Shown here: piece after piece, positions 31,022-41,407 of the stretch
Layout of the letters: each line of letters begins with the position of its first letter
How positions within the stretch are numbered: the first letter of the stretch is position 1
Assembly: GCA_963708075.1 (NCBI GenBank)
Contig: OY970194.1
Location: 2,624,001-2,688,000, forward strand
Reading direction: 5' to 3'
Length of the DNA: 64,000 bases
DNA from: Sedimentisphaerales bacterium
Lineage (GTDB): Bacteria > Planctomycetota > Phycisphaerae > Sedimentisphaerales > Anaerobacaceae
The notes under the pieces: model-generated
The model's input: only the letters and a program-made list of their open reading frames with translations
Database searches by the model: none
Told to the model about the DNA's origin: nothing
Position numbers and translations under genes: made by a program

Positions 31022-31207
31022 ATGAAAGCGCATGTTACCGAAGATTGCATTGCCTGCGGTCGTTGTGTCGAGATCTGCCCGGAAGTATTCGAGATGGGTG
31101 AGGATATCGCCCATGTAAAAGTGGACACGGTACCCAAGGAATATGAGGATGCGACGCAGGAGGCAGCGGATGAATGTCCGACTTCTGCCATTGTCGTGGA
31201 ACGATGA
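31022..31207 (+). CDS. Single-cluster ferredoxin
   Basis: CIACGRCVEICPEVF ... AADECPTSAI; SD AAGGAG. Confidence 0.93.
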   Translation: MKAHVTEDCIACGRCVEICPEVFEMGEDIAHVKVDTVPKEYEDATQEAADECPTSAIVVER

Positions 31208-31272
31208 CTTCTGCCGACTCTGACGGAGTGTATGCAACGCGGCCGGAACAACGCGTGAAGGGAGAAAAGAAT

Positions 31273-31716
31273 ATGGCGCAGCGCAAAGCGACGATCGTCT
31301 GGCGAGGGGGACTGAAGAGCGGCAATGGCACCATGGAACTGGGCAGCGGCCTTTTCAAGGCCCCGTATTCCTTCCAGTCCCGGTTCGAGTCGGGCCCCGG
31401 CACCAATCCGGAGGAGTTGATTGGCGCCGCACTGGCCGGATGCTTTTCCATGGCCCTGGCCGGCGATCTGGAACGGGCGGGCTATTCGCCTCAGGAAATC
31501 GACACCTCCGCCAGCGTCTCCATCGAGAAGACGCCGGACGGTTTTGCCATCACGACAGTTGAGCTGGACACAGAAGGCCGAGTGCCGGACATCGATGACG
31601 AGGAATTCCTCAGCCTGGCGGAAAACGCCAAGAACACTTGTCCCGTCTCACAAGTGCTCACGGGAGCGGAGATCAGCCTCAAGGCCAGGCTGGCACCGGC
31701 GTATTCCCCAGTGTGA
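31273..31716 (+). CDS. osmC: OsmC family peroxiredoxin
   Basis: WRGGLKSGNG, YSFQSRFE, GTNPEELIGAA.AGCFSMAL, AKNTCPVS. Confidence 0.93.
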   Translation: MAQRKATIVWRGGLKSGNGTMELGSGLFKAPYSFQSRFESGPGTNPEELIGAALAGCFSMALAGDLERAGYSPQEIDTSASVSIEKTPDGFAITTVELDTEGRVPDIDDEEFLSLAENAKNTCPVSQVLTGAEISLKARLAPAYSPV

Positions 31717-31739
31717 TGCAAAATGGGAAGCCTCAATAG

Positions 31740-34124
31740 TCACTGCTTCACTCGCAGCTCGGCGAACAGCGGACGATGATCGGAGGCCAGACGCGCCAGG
31801 TAATCGTCGCCAACGTCCACCCTCACCACCTCCACCTGTGAGTTCACGAAAATGTGATCGATGCGCGCAATCGGGTAATGGCCGAACCACGTCCGACGCG
31901 GGGACCGGTGCAGCACGTCCACCTGGACATCGCGAAGCTTCTGCGAGCATAACCTCCACACGCTCGACAGTGGTGATGCATTGAAATCGCCGCAAAGAAC
32001 GACAGGGTCCGTGCCGTTCGAGCGTCCCAGCCAATCGTCCCCAAGCAGCGCACGGATCTGCCCCAGCCTCTCCCGTGCAATAAGTCCGAGATGGGTATTG
32101 ACGAACTGGATGGCTCTGCCGTCCAGTTCGATGGCCACCCACAATGCCCCTCGCAGCTCGAGCCGGTGTCTGTCCGACAGCGTAGGAAGCACGCCCGTTT
32201 TCACAAGCCGCATCGGCAGACGGCTCAGGATACAGTCCCCGTAGCGCTCCTCTGCAACCTGGATCGTCGGGTAGAAGTGGTAATTCATCTTCAGGCACTG
32301 GCCAATCAGTTGCGCCTGGTCTGCCTGCCTCGTGCGAGGGCGGCCCACGTCCACCTCCTGAAGTGCAACGACATCCGGCCTGTAGCGAGCAATCACCCTT
32401 GCGATGCGATGGGGCGACAGCTTGCCGTCGATGCCCACGCAACTGTGCACGTTATACGTCATCACGCGCAGCAGGCCTCGCCCCGAGGCGATCTCCGGAG
32501 CAGACGGGAGCGGATACCGGTAGCGGCCCAAGTGCCGCAACGCCGCGTTGCGCAAATCAAGCGGTCGAAGGTACCGCTTTGTGCCGATGTCCAGCGGGGC
32601 ATCGTCGGGCAACAGGGCGAAGGCGTGGGTCTCCTCCAGGCCCGGGCCGGCGTGAGAGCCGTTCTCAATCGGAAATGTGTAGGCAGGCCCATTTCGGCTC
32701 CACCCCCAGAGGACAAAATCCCCTGCGTTCGGGTGCCGGCAAAGCCTTATGAAGTCGTGGGTGATCTCCTCCAGGAACGGATGATGGGCAGCGAAGACCT
32801 GCTCAGCATCCTGCGGCAGGATGAATTGCTTCTCCTTTGTCCAGACGCGGACCTTATCCGCGCCTTCCGTGACGCTGACCATGGGCACCTTCGCCTGCTC
32901 CACGAGCGACCTGGCCAGCCGTTCCCGCTCCCCGCCATCCAATGACTGGTCTGTATAGACGTGTCCCACCGGCCCCATCGCCGCCACAATGGGCTCATTG
33001 CGGCCCGTCGGCGCCGGCCCAACGTCTCGCATGGGCATCTCCTGCCCAGCGCCACGCATATACGCGCGCATCCTCTTGGACTGGATTCCCCTGTTGTCGT
33101 GCTCGGTCACGAAGACCTTGGTGGTCGCACCGAAGACCTCCGAGATCGCCTCTTGCAGGGTCCGCCCGCGCTCGCGAGGATAGGAAAGCATCGCCTCGCT
33201 GCCGTGATCGGAGAAGACCCACACGTCGTAGTCCCGCACGGCAGAACGCTGGGCGGCCCTCCAAATACGGGCAATCGCATCGTCGATGCCTTTGAGCGTC
33301 CAGTGGGCAAACCGCGAGCCGGGCCCGCGTCGGTGACTCTGCTCGTCGTAGCCGACCAGGTCCAGGTAGATCACCGGCAGGCCGCGAGTCACATCGATTT
33401 TCGCGCCGATCGTCGCCAGCTCCCGCATGAGGATCGACACGCCTACCCGCGACGGGATGAACTTGATTTCCTTCCACAAGTCCTGCCCGGCAATGAAACC
33501 CCGCACCACGTCAAACAGCGCGAGCAGAAACTCGATGACAAGCAAGACACCCACGCGAATCCAACTGTATATGCTCAGCAGGACGATGAGGGCCATCCGA
33601 AGCGGGTAGTTCGACTTGAACAGGTAGTCCAGCCCCAGAGTGGATGCACAGAAATGCGTTTCCTCCGCTCCGCCCGTATAGATGGCGGCGTAGGCACTGC
33701 CCCCCGCAAGTAACGGTTGCCCCTGTGTTTGCAGCCGCTGGTCGAGTTCCTTGGCGGCTCGCGGCTCGAACATGCGGTACATGGCCCCATCGGCCCGATC
33801 GTAGAAACTGAACGCGGGGACAGCGCACTTGACGCCGTACAGAAGCTCCGCCGTCATGGCCGGCGTGCTGGAGGGTAGCCCGCTGTACAGGGAATGCACC
33901 TGATACCTGTGTTTGCGTCGAAGTTCCGTGAGGAAAGGCATGTTCCCCTTCCTCATCGCCCGCTCCAACTGATGGCGGGACAGCCCGTCGATCTGGATCA
34001 GGACAAGCCCCGGCTCGCACGCCTGCCCCCCGGCCTTCGTCAGGCGCAGCAGCCGGATCAACCATTCACTTCGGCTCAGCCACCGGCGAGAGCTCCTGAT
34101 AAAGGTCTCAATGAAGTTCAGCAT
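31740..34124 (-). CDS. Alkaline-phosphatase-superfamily domain fused to an endonuclease/exonuclease/phosphatase (EEP) domain
   Basis: N: IQIDGL, PSSTPA, YDEQSH, FSDHG; C: TYNVH, LQEVD, NTHL, CGDFN, IDHIF, SDH; start could be GTG 34133. Confidence 0.85.
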   Translation of the reverse strand: MLNFIETFIRSSRRWLSRSEWLIRLLRLTKAGGQACEPGLVLIQIDGLSRHQLERAMRKGNMPFLTELRRKHRYQVHSLYSGLPSSTPAMTAELLYGVKCAVPAFSFYDRADGAMYRMFEPRAAKELDQRLQTQGQPLLAGGSAYAAIYTGGAEETHFCASTLGLDYLFKSNYPLRMALIVLLSIYSWIRVGVLLVIEFLLALFDVVRGFIAGQDLWKEIKFIPSRVGVSILMRELATIGAKIDVTRGLPVIYLDLVGYDEQSHRRGPGSRFAHWTLKGIDDAIARIWRAAQRSAVRDYDVWVFSDHGSEAMLSYPRERGRTLQEAISEVFGATTKVFVTEHDNRGIQSKRMRAYMRGAGQEMPMRDVGPAPTGRNEPIVAAMGPVGHVYTDQSLDGGERERLARSLVEQAKVPMVSVTEGADKVRVWTKEKQFILPQDAEQVFAAHHPFLEEITHDFIRLCRHPNAGDFVLWGWSRNGPAYTFPIENGSHAGPGLEETHAFALLPDDAPLDIGTKRYLRPLDLRNAALRHLGRYRYPLPSAPEIASGRGLLRVMTYNVHSCVGIDGKLSPHRIARVIARYRPDVVALQEVDVGRPRTRQADQAQLIGQCLKMNYHFYPTIQVAEERYGDCILSRLPMRLVKTGVLPTLSDRHRLELRGALWVAIELDGRAIQFVNTHLGLIARERLGQIRALLGDDWLGRSNGTDPVVLCGDFNASPLSSVWRLCSQKLRDVQVDVLHRSPRRTWFGHYPIARIDHIFVNSQVEVVRVDVGDDYLARLASDHRPLFAELRVKQ

Positions 34125-34151
34125 GCCTTCCACATTCCCGGGATACTGCCG

Positions 34152-35407
34152 CTACTTGAGGGCGCGGGTGACCGCTTCCGCCATGTTCTTGAGCAGTTCC
34201 CATTCAGCCTTGACTTCCTCCGACGCCTGGTGCCAGACACTCTCGTCCCTCGGTCCGGGGGGCTGCTGCTTGAGAACATGTCTGTAAACGTCCAGGAGTT
34301 TGCGGGCACATCGATCCATGGAGAATCGTTGAGCCGTCTCACTGGCAGCTTGCCTGAGTTTGTCGCGACGCCGCGGTGAGATCGACGCGAGTTGGGCTAT
34401 GGCGGCAGTGAAATCGCTGACGTCGCGATGCTTGAGCAAGCGTCCATTGTACCCGTCTTTGATCACCTCTCGCACGCCCGGCGCATCCAGCGCCACCACG
34501 GGCCTGCATGCCGCCATCGCCTCGGTCAATACCATGCCCTGCGTCTCCGTGTACGAGGCGAAGACAAAGACGTCCATTGCATGATATGCGTCCACAAGGT
34601 TCTGCCCATCCAGGGAACCCGTGAGGTGCAGACGGCTGCTCAATTCGCCCTGATCGAATATCTCCCGGATCGCATCCTCGGAAGGGCCGGACCCTACCAC
34701 GAGGAATTGCGCGTTCTTCCTGCGGGCGACATACTTGCGAATCGCTTCCGCAAGGAATGGCAGGTTCTTCTCGGGCGCCAGGCGCCTACATATCCCGCTA
34801 CAAACGCCTCCTGGGGTATCCCCATGAACCGCCGAAAAGCGAGGCCATCTCCGTTGGCAAACCGCTGTACGTCCACCCCGGTGGGAACCACGCTGACGGG
34901 TGTTTCCACGCCCCGCCGGCGAAGGACCCTGGCGACGCTCTGGCTGGGCGCGATCACGTGATCGCAGAGATTGCAGTACCCGGTGACGAGGCTGACGACG
35001 AACTGCTGCATCCGGTTCGCCTCGGCCGGCACGTAATGAAGGTAATGCTCATACATCGTGTGATGCGTGAACACCAGCGGTCGGCTGAACCGGCTTGCGA
35101 TGCGAACGGCGGTATTGCCCAGCAGATGTGGATGATGGGAGTGAACGATATCCGGCCGGAACTGCTCGAGACGCAGTGAAAGATAGCCGGGGATGGGCAG
35201 AGCCACCGAGAAATCGCTTCCGTTGAAGTGCTGAATCGCAGGAATGCGAATCACATCCTCCTCCGATTCGGGCGCTCCGGCAAAAACAGGCGCCACAATG
35301 ACTACCCGGTGTCCGGCTTTGCGACATTCGTTGGCGAAGGCTGTCACCGACCGCGCCACGCCGCCCACGAACGGAGTAAACGTATTGGTTAGCATCAAGA
35401 TGTTCAT
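34152..35407 (-). CDS. Glycosyltransferase family 4, -1 frameshift near 34786
   Basis: MNILMLTNTFTPFVGGV, PDIVHSHHP, FTHHT; adding one G restores YVGRLAPEKNL; ETQGMVLTEAMA. Confidence 0.88.
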
Positions 35408-35412
35408 CTTTG

Positions 35413-35545
35413 GATTTACGATTTACGATTCTTGATTTATGATTCGCCACTGCGAGGGCGAAATCCCAAGTAATCACATAGTAGTATACGCAGGAGCCCA
35501 AACCCGGTTGTCAAATCGTAAATCGTCAATCGTAAGTCGTCGATC
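35413..35545. repeat. Two inverted arrays of 5 heptamers (GATTTAC / GTAAATC)
   Basis: 35413-35447 GATTTAC GATTTAC GATTCTT GATTTAT GATTCGC; 35511-35545 TCAAATC GTAAATC GTCAATC GTAAGTC GTCGATC. Confidence 0.85.
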
Positions 35546-35549
35546 CGTT

Positions 35550-35564
35550 TAGGGATATTCCTGA
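35550..35564. promoter_or_regulatory. Regulator box TAGGGA-TAT-TCCTGA
   Basis: Near-match to the island palindrome, 52 nt upstream of Hsp20. Confidence 0.55.
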
Positions 35565-35616
35565 TTGAGCATGGGCCTGAGCCGGCGTACGTTCACAGGA
35601 AAGGAAAGGATATCGG

Positions 35617-36057
35617 ATGAACGTGCCGGACAAGCACAGTCGCCGAACCCTGCTGTACCATCGGCTCGACGCGGTAAAGCACCAGGGCTTACAATATCAT
35701 CATCACGAGATTCATGCCCTTTTTGATGAGCTGATTCACAAGCCGTGGGGAGCGTCCTGCTGGAATCCGCCCGTGGACATCTGGGAGAACGACAATACAT
35801 TCACGATCGAAATGGATTTGCCGGGAGTGAAAGCCGAGCAGGTGCGGATATGGGCTCAGGACAGAACGGTTACCATCGAAGGACAACGAGAGCGAAGAGA
35901 AAAGACGAAGGAGACGTCCGCCCGCCTGCATGAACGGTGTGAAGGCAGATTCTCCCGTGTCTTTGAGTTCGGCTTCAACATCGACGAAGAAACCATCGAG
36001 AACCACTGGCAAGACGGGGTACTGATACTGATCGTTCCCAAGTCGAAGAATGCGTAA
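35617..36057 (+). CDS. Hsp20/alpha-crystallin small heat-shock protein
   Basis: WNPPVDIWE, MDLPGV, ERCEGRFSRVF, DGVLILIVPK. Confidence 0.92.
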   Translation: MNVPDKHSRRTLLYHRLDAVKHQGLQYHHHEIHALFDELIHKPWGASCWNPPVDIWENDNTFTIEMDLPGVKAEQVRIWAQDRTVTIEGQRERREKTKETSARLHERCEGRFSRVFEFGFNIDEETIENHWQDGVLILIVPKSKNA

Positions 36058-36065
36058 GGTTTATC

Positions 36066-38606
36066 ATGGACGATACCCATAGGAATGAGTCACAAGGCAC
36101 GGCAGTCATTGCGCCAAACCACCAGCTTCAGACAGCAGCCCCGGTCCAGGAGTTGCCCGCCGAAGAAGCGGATCTCACCATCGATCTGAACGCTCTGGAT
36201 TTCGCCACGACGGCGGACCTGGAGCCACTGGACGAGATCATCGGGCAGAGCCGGGCCATGTCAGCCCTGGAAATCGGCTTGGGCATCAAAGAGAGAGGCT
36301 ATAACATCTTTGTGGCCGGGTTGACGGGCAGCGGCAAGATGCAGACGATCAAGCGCAGTCTGCAGAAGCGATTGGACGGGTCGGCGACGCCCGGAGACTG
36401 GGTGTACGTGCACAACTTCACCGATCCCGACCAGCCCTGGGCCATCGGCCTTGCGCCCGGGAAGGGCCGGCAGCTCGAGAAGGACATGGATCGACTCGTT
36501 CAACACCTGAAGGAAGCACTGCCCAAGGCGTTCCGCCAGCAGGACTTCCGGGAGGAGAAGGAGCAGCTCAGCCGCAAGTACGAAGAACGGATCGAGGAGC
36601 ACACAAGCCGGCTGGCGAAAATGGCAAAGGACCGCGGCTTTGAGATCGGGTTCAGCCCGGGCGGGCGAGTCTCATTTCTGCCTTTTATCGAGGGCAAGCC
36701 GGCCGAAACGCGGGAGCAACTCGAGACGCTCACGGAGACGGAGAGAAACCGGCTTGCAGAGGGAGAGAAGGAGCTTGCCCGCGAGGTCGGCAGGCTGATG
36801 CAAGAGCAGTACCAGATGATGCAGAACCTCAGCGAGGAAGTGCGGAGCGTCGAGCGGCAGTTCGCTGATTACGTGATCGCTCCCATGATCGAAGGCATCA
36901 AGCAATCCTACCAGGACTATGATCGTGTGCGGCAGTATCTTGACCACGTGCACAATCACATCCTTGACAATCTCTCCGACTTCCAGGAGGGCGGTGCGCC
37001 GCAGGCCGTCCCGCCGCAACTGCAGGCAATGCTCGGTCGCGAAACGGAACGCCCCCTGTTCGAATATAGAGTCAATGTCGTCGTGGATAATAGCGAGACC
37101 CAGGCTGCACCCATCATTGTGGAGGAAGTGCCCACCTACCGCAATCTCTTTGGGAGCATCGATCGTACCGTGGATCGCTGGGGCCGGCTCGCCACGGATT
37201 TCACCCAGATCAAGGCGGGCAGCCTGTTACAGGCGAACGGCGGCTACCTCGTGTTCAATATCGAAGATGCGCTGACCGAGCCGTTTGTCTACAAGGGTCT
37301 CAAGCGGGCTCTCAAAAGCGGACGCATCGAACTGGAAAGCTATAACTCCTGGATGCCTTTCAGCACAGGCGGGCTGCGCCCGGAGCCGATCCCGATCACC
37401 ACCAAGGTTGTCGTCGCAGGCAATCCGCTCCTGTACTACCTGCTCCAGTTTTATGATGATGAGTTCTCGCTCCTGTTCAAGATCAAGGCCGATTTCGGCA
37501 CGGAGATGCCTCGCGGCGACCGGGAGGAGATGCAGTACGCCCGATTCGTGGCGGCGGTCGCGAAAAAGGAGGACCTCAAGCCATTCACCCGGGAGGCCGT
37601 CGGCGAGATCATCCGTTTCGGCGCGAAACAGGTGGCGGACAGAACCAAGCTGCTGACTCGTCTCTCGGAAGCCGCCGATCTGATCCGGGAGGCCGGTTAC
37701 TTCGCACGGATTCGCGACTCCAGGTACGTTGAGGCCTCGCACGTGGAGGAGGCGCTGGACAATCGCATCTTCCGGTCTGACCGCATTGCGGAGAAGATCC
37801 GGGAGATGATTGAAGACGGCACGCTGCTTGTGGACGTGCAGGGACGCAGAATCGGTCAGATCAACGGTCTGGCGGTCGTCGATCTGGGCGATTACGCGTT
37901 CGGCAGGCCCACCCGGGTGACGGCCTCCCTGGGGCTGGGCGCCGAAGGACTGATCAACATCGAGCGCGAGGCGAAACTCTCCGGCCGAACGCACGATAAG
38001 GCAGTGCTCATCATCGGCGGGTTCCTGCGCAACAAATACGGGCAGAAAAGGCCGCTCACACTGTCGGCGAGCATCGCGTTCGAGCAGACATACAGTGGCA
38101 TCGAAGGCGATAGCGCCAGTGCGGCCGAGATTTACGTCCTCGTCTCCAATCTGGCCCAGGTGCCCATCCGTCAGGATGTCGCCGTCACCGGGTCAGTCAA
38201 TCAGTGGGGAGACATCCAAGCGATCGGCGGCGTCAACGAGAAGATCGAGGGGTTTTTTGATGTGTGCCGCGTCATTGGACTGACAGGCCGACAGGGCGTA
38301 TGCATCCCACAGAGCAACGTGAAGAACCTCATTCTCCGCAAGGACGTGCGGCAGGCCATTGCCGACGGCGAGTTTCACGTCTATCCGATCCGTACAGTGG
38401 ATGAGGGTCTCGAACTCCTGACAGGCTTTAAGGCGGGCTCGCCGGAAGAAGAGGGCACGATCCACTGGCGTGTGGAACAGCGACTGGACCAGATGACGGA
38501 AACGCTGCGCGGCCTGGCGGCCACGCGAGAAATCAGGATGATACCGACAGCCCCAGAACAGCCGGAGCCCCCCGCTCCCCCGCGGCTGCCCGATGATCAG
38601 CCGTAG
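36066..38606 (+). CDS. Lon-like (LonC-type, S16) protease
   Basis: IIGQSRA, GYNIFVAGLTGSGK, DWVYVHNF, GSLLQANGGYL, GQINGL, EGDSAS (Ser), GGVNEKIEGFF (Lys). Confidence 0.92.
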   Translation: MDDTHRNESQGTAVIAPNHQLQTAAPVQELPAEEADLTIDLNALDFATTADLEPLDEIIGQSRAMSALEIGLGIKERGYNIFVAGLTGSGKMQTIKRSLQKRLDGSATPGDWVYVHNFTDPDQPWAIGLAPGKGRQLEKDMDRLVQHLKEALPKAFRQQDFREEKEQLSRKYEERIEEHTSRLAKMAKDRGFEIGFSPGGRVSFLPFIEGKPAETREQLETLTETERNRLAEGEKELAREVGRLMQEQYQMMQNLSEEVRSVERQFADYVIAPMIEGIKQSYQDYDRVRQYLDHVHNHILDNLSDFQEGGAPQAVPPQLQAMLGRETERPLFEYRVNVVVDNSETQAAPIIVEEVPTYRNLFGSIDRTVDRWGRLATDFTQIKAGSLLQANGGYLVFNIEDALTEPFVYKGLKRALKSGRIELESYNSWMPFSTGGLRPEPIPITTKVVVAGNPLLYYLLQFYDDEFSLLFKIKADFGTEMPRGDREEMQYARFVAAVAKKEDLKPFTREAVGEIIRFGAKQVADRTKLLTRLSEAADLIREAGYFARIRDSRYVEASHVEEALDNRIFRSDRIAEKIREMIEDGTLLVDVQGRRIGQINGLAVVDLGDYAFGRPTRVTASLGLGAEGLINIEREAKLSGRTHDKAVLIIGGFLRNKYGQKRPLTLSASIAFEQTYSGIEGDSASAAEIYVLVSNLAQVPIRQDVAVTGSVNQWGDIQAIGGVNEKIEGFFDVCRVIGLTGRQGVCIPQSNVKNLILRKDVRQAIADGEFHVYPIRTVDEGLELLTGFKAGSPEEEGTIHWRVEQRLDQMTETLRGLAATREIRMIPTAPEQPEPPAPPRLPDDQP

Positions 38607-38686
38607 ACGTGCATCTTGCCAGACCCGTATTTGATTCGGGATGACAATTGACCCGCAACGCCATGAGGGAATGCCGCTGTACGGCC

Positions 38687-39034
38687 TCAGCGACTCTCCA
38701 GGTACTCCTTGATTGCCTCGGCGTTGTTGAATCGCTCCTCTTTGGCGCCGAAGACCAGCGTCACTTCCCCGCTCTGCATCTTCTCTCGGAGCAACCGTAT
38801 CTCCTCAGGATGCGAGTCCAACTCCTTGAAGTAGCGTTTCCTGAATTCCTTCCACTTTTCCGGATCGTGACCGAACCACTTGCGCAATTGAGTGCTGGGC
38901 GCGATGTTCTTGAGCCACATATCCATCTTCAACTGTTCTTTGGTCACGCCGCGGGGCCACACGCGATCCACAAGGACCCGAAAACCATCGTTCCTTGTGG
39001 GTCTGTCGTAGGCTCTCTTCAAGCGGATCGCCAT
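38687..39034 (-). CDS. DUF488/YeaO family protein
   Basis: KRAYD..DGFRVLVDRVWPRGVTKE..APSTQLRKWFGHDP. Confidence 0.93.
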   Translation of the reverse strand: MAIRLKRAYDRPTRNDGFRVLVDRVWPRGVTKEQLKMDMWLKNIAPSTQLRKWFGHDPEKWKEFRKRYFKELDSHPEEIRLLREKMQSGEVTLVFGAKEERFNNAEAIKEYLESR

Positions 39035-39058
39035 TGTTCGGCCCTCGTACCTCGCCGA

Positions 39059-39568
39059 TCAGACAGCTTGTCTGGCGGCTATGAGGGTCTCACGGCAAAA
39101 GGCCGGCAGATCCTCGGGTTGGCGGCTTGTAATCAGGTTGCCATCAACCACCACTTCCTGGTCGAGGTATTCAGCTCCAGCCGCCTTGGCGTCATCGCGG
39201 ATTCCCTGCCAGCAGGTGGCTTTCCTGCCCCTCAGGACGTCGGCGGAGATCAGCGTCTGGATGCCGTGGCAGATGGCCGCGACCGTCTTGCCGCCGTCGA
39301 GCATGCTCCTGGCGATCTCCACGGCCTTCGGTTGCAGTCGCACGCGCTCCGGAGCTTTGCCGCCGGGCAGGACAAGCAGGTCATAGTCTTCGGCGTTTGC
39401 CTCGGAGATCTTCATGTCCGGCTCGAAGTCATACCCGTGCTTGCCTACGATTTTCTGACCATCCGGCGTGGCCACATCGATTTCCCAGCCTTCCTCTTGC
39501 AGGCGATAGTAGGGATAGAAGAACTCGATGTCTTCTACGTCACTGGCAACCAGAATGAGAGCTTTCAT
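39059..39568 (-). CDS. PfpI/DJ-1 family protein
   Basis: EDIE, YDLLVLPGG, AAICHG, VVVDGNLITSRQPEDLPAF. Confidence 0.93.
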   Translation of the reverse strand: MKALILVASDVEDIEFFYPYYRLQEEGWEIDVATPDGQKIVGKHGYDFEPDMKISEANAEDYDLLVLPGGKAPERVRLQPKAVEIARSMLDGGKTVAAICHGIQTLISADVLRGRKATCWQGIRDDAKAAGAEYLDQEVVVDGNLITSRQPEDLPAFCRETLIAARQAV

Positions 39569-39582
39569 CGTGTCTGTCCCCC

Positions 39583-41085
39583 TCAATCCTGTGCAACCTT
39601 CAGAACGACATACTGACTGGCCTGGCCATCGGTTATAAGGAGCAGAGCCCGGCCTTTGGCGGAGGCCACGGTGACGGCATCCCTGAATTCCTGCACATTG
39701 TTGACCGGCCGGCGATTGACCTCCCGGATGAGGTATCCGGCCCGCAGGCCCTTTTCGGCCGCCTCGGAACCCTGCGTCACTCTTGTGATGATCACGCCAG
39801 TCTGGTCCTTGAGCTTGTACTGTCCCGCCAGTTCCGGCGTAAGATCCTGCACGGTCAAACCGAGACGCTGCGACTGCTCCTGGGAACGCTGTTGCGGCTC
39901 CTGCCGGCCGCGGAGGAGTTCCTCGGCCGATGGCCGCTTGCCCATGGTTACTGTAAGCGTTTTGCGCTCCCCGTCGCGCAGTACCGTCATTTCGACCTTC
40001 TCCCCCGCCTTATGGGCCGCCACGAGATTGCGAAATTGCGAGGCGGATTCGACAGTCGAGCCCCCGAACTCCAGGACAACGTCATCCCGCTCCATACCGG
40101 CATCAGCGGCGGGCCCTCCTTCGGAGATTTGCGTGATCACGACGCCTTTGGCATCTTTGACTTCCAGGGCTTCCGCGAGCTCCGGCGTCAGATCCTGCGG
40201 AAAGACGCCGAGATAGCCCCGCTCCACAGATCCCGTCTTCATAAGCTGATTGGCGACGTCCTTGGCCGTATTGATCGGAATGGCAAAACCAATGCCGATG
40301 TTGCCGCCGCCCGGCCCAAGGATCGCCGTATTGATCCCGACCACTTGTCCATCGAGATTGACCAAAGGCCCTCCCGAATTGCCCATGTTGATGGCCGCGT
40401 CGGTTTGAATGAAGTTCTCGTACGTGGCGATGTTGAGGCCGCTTCGGCCCTTGGCACTGACGATGCCCGCCGTGACCGTGTGGCTCAGACCCATGGGACT
40501 GCCGATGGCGACCACCCACTCCCCGACCTTTAGTGCCTCCGAGTCCCCCAGTACTACGGCTTTCAGATTGTTGGCATCAATCTTGATGACGGCCACATCG
40601 GACTCAGGATCCGTGCCGATGATCTTCGCCTCCAGGCTCCGGCCCTCGCCCAGATCTACCATAACCTGGTCGGCGCCGCCCACCACGTGATTGTTCGTGA
40701 GAATATAGCCGTCCTCTGAAATGATGAATCCCGAGGCCTGTGCCCTTTGGGTGAACTGACGCTCGGGCGTCCCTTCGCGGGGAGTTCGGCGGAAGAAGAA
40801 GTCAAAGAGGTCTTCGCGGGATGGGTCGAACGGTTCATCGGAGGGCGTCTGGTCAAGCCGCACGCTGGCCCGCGAGACTTTGCGCTTCGCCACGACCCCG
40901 ACGACTCCGGGCGAGGCCTTCTCGGCCACCGAGGCGAACGCGTTGCCCATTTGCCGCAGCACGGCGACGCTCTCCCGATCCTCTCCCGACACCGGCGCGC
41001 ACGCACTGACGAGCAGGCAAACCAGGGACAACATGGGAACCGTCCACGCCGGTCGCCCGTTCGAAAGCATCGCTTTCACATTCAT
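39583..41085 (-). CDS. DegP/HtrA (Do) serine protease with two PDZ domains
   Basis: TNNHV, DVAVIKI, IQTDAAINMGNSGGPL; two PDZ repeats; possible lipobox VSAC. Confidence 0.95.
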   Translation of the reverse strand: MNVKAMLSNGRPAWTVPMLSLVCLLVSACAPVSGEDRESVAVLRQMGNAFASVAEKASPGVVGVVAKRKVSRASVRLDQTPSDEPFDPSREDLFDFFFRRTPREGTPERQFTQRAQASGFIISEDGYILTNNHVVGGADQVMVDLGEGRSLEAKIIGTDPESDVAVIKIDANNLKAVVLGDSEALKVGEWVVAIGSPMGLSHTVTAGIVSAKGRSGLNIATYENFIQTDAAINMGNSGGPLVNLDGQVVGINTAILGPGGGNIGIGFAIPINTAKDVANQLMKTGSVERGYLGVFPQDLTPELAEALEVKDAKGVVITQISEGGPAADAGMERDDVVLEFGGSTVESASQFRNLVAAHKAGEKVEMTVLRDGERKTLTVTMGKRPSAEELLRGRQEPQQRSQEQSQRLGLTVQDLTPELAGQYKLKDQTGVIITRVTQGSEAAEKGLRAGYLIREVNRRPVNNVQEFRDAVTVASAKGRALLLITDGQASQYVVLKVAQD

Positions 41086-41170
41086 CGGTCACATCCTTTC
41101 TACGATCGATGCCGCTTCGTCTCCACGGAGAACCCCTCATGACATTAGTGCGACAACCGGAGGAAAGAAA

Positions 41171-41186
41171 TAAGGAGATTTCCTAA
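41171..41186. promoter_or_regulatory. Regulator box TAAGGAGATTTCCTAA
   Basis: Palindrome variant between divergent degP and response regulator genes. Confidence 0.55.
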
Positions 41187-41299
41187 TTCGTCTTAGATAA
41201 ATATCGGCGGGTCCGGTGCGCCGCACACGGCAGTCAGGTGCGGGCTATAACATGGGTGCAAAATTCCGCAAGTTTTCGTAAGAATGTTGACAGTGACAG

Positions 41300-41329
41300 T
41301 TGACACAGCAAAGGCAAGGGGTTTAGGAT
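41300..41329 (+). promoter_or_regulatory. Sigma70-type promoter of response regulator 1
   Basis: TTGACA-18 bp-TAGGAT. Confidence 0.5.
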
Positions 41330-41407
41330 TAGTGATAACAAAGGAGTGAAAGCCGCCCTCGCGGCATCAAGTGGAATGGAAACCGCAACAGAGGGGGACA
41401 GCAGAAC

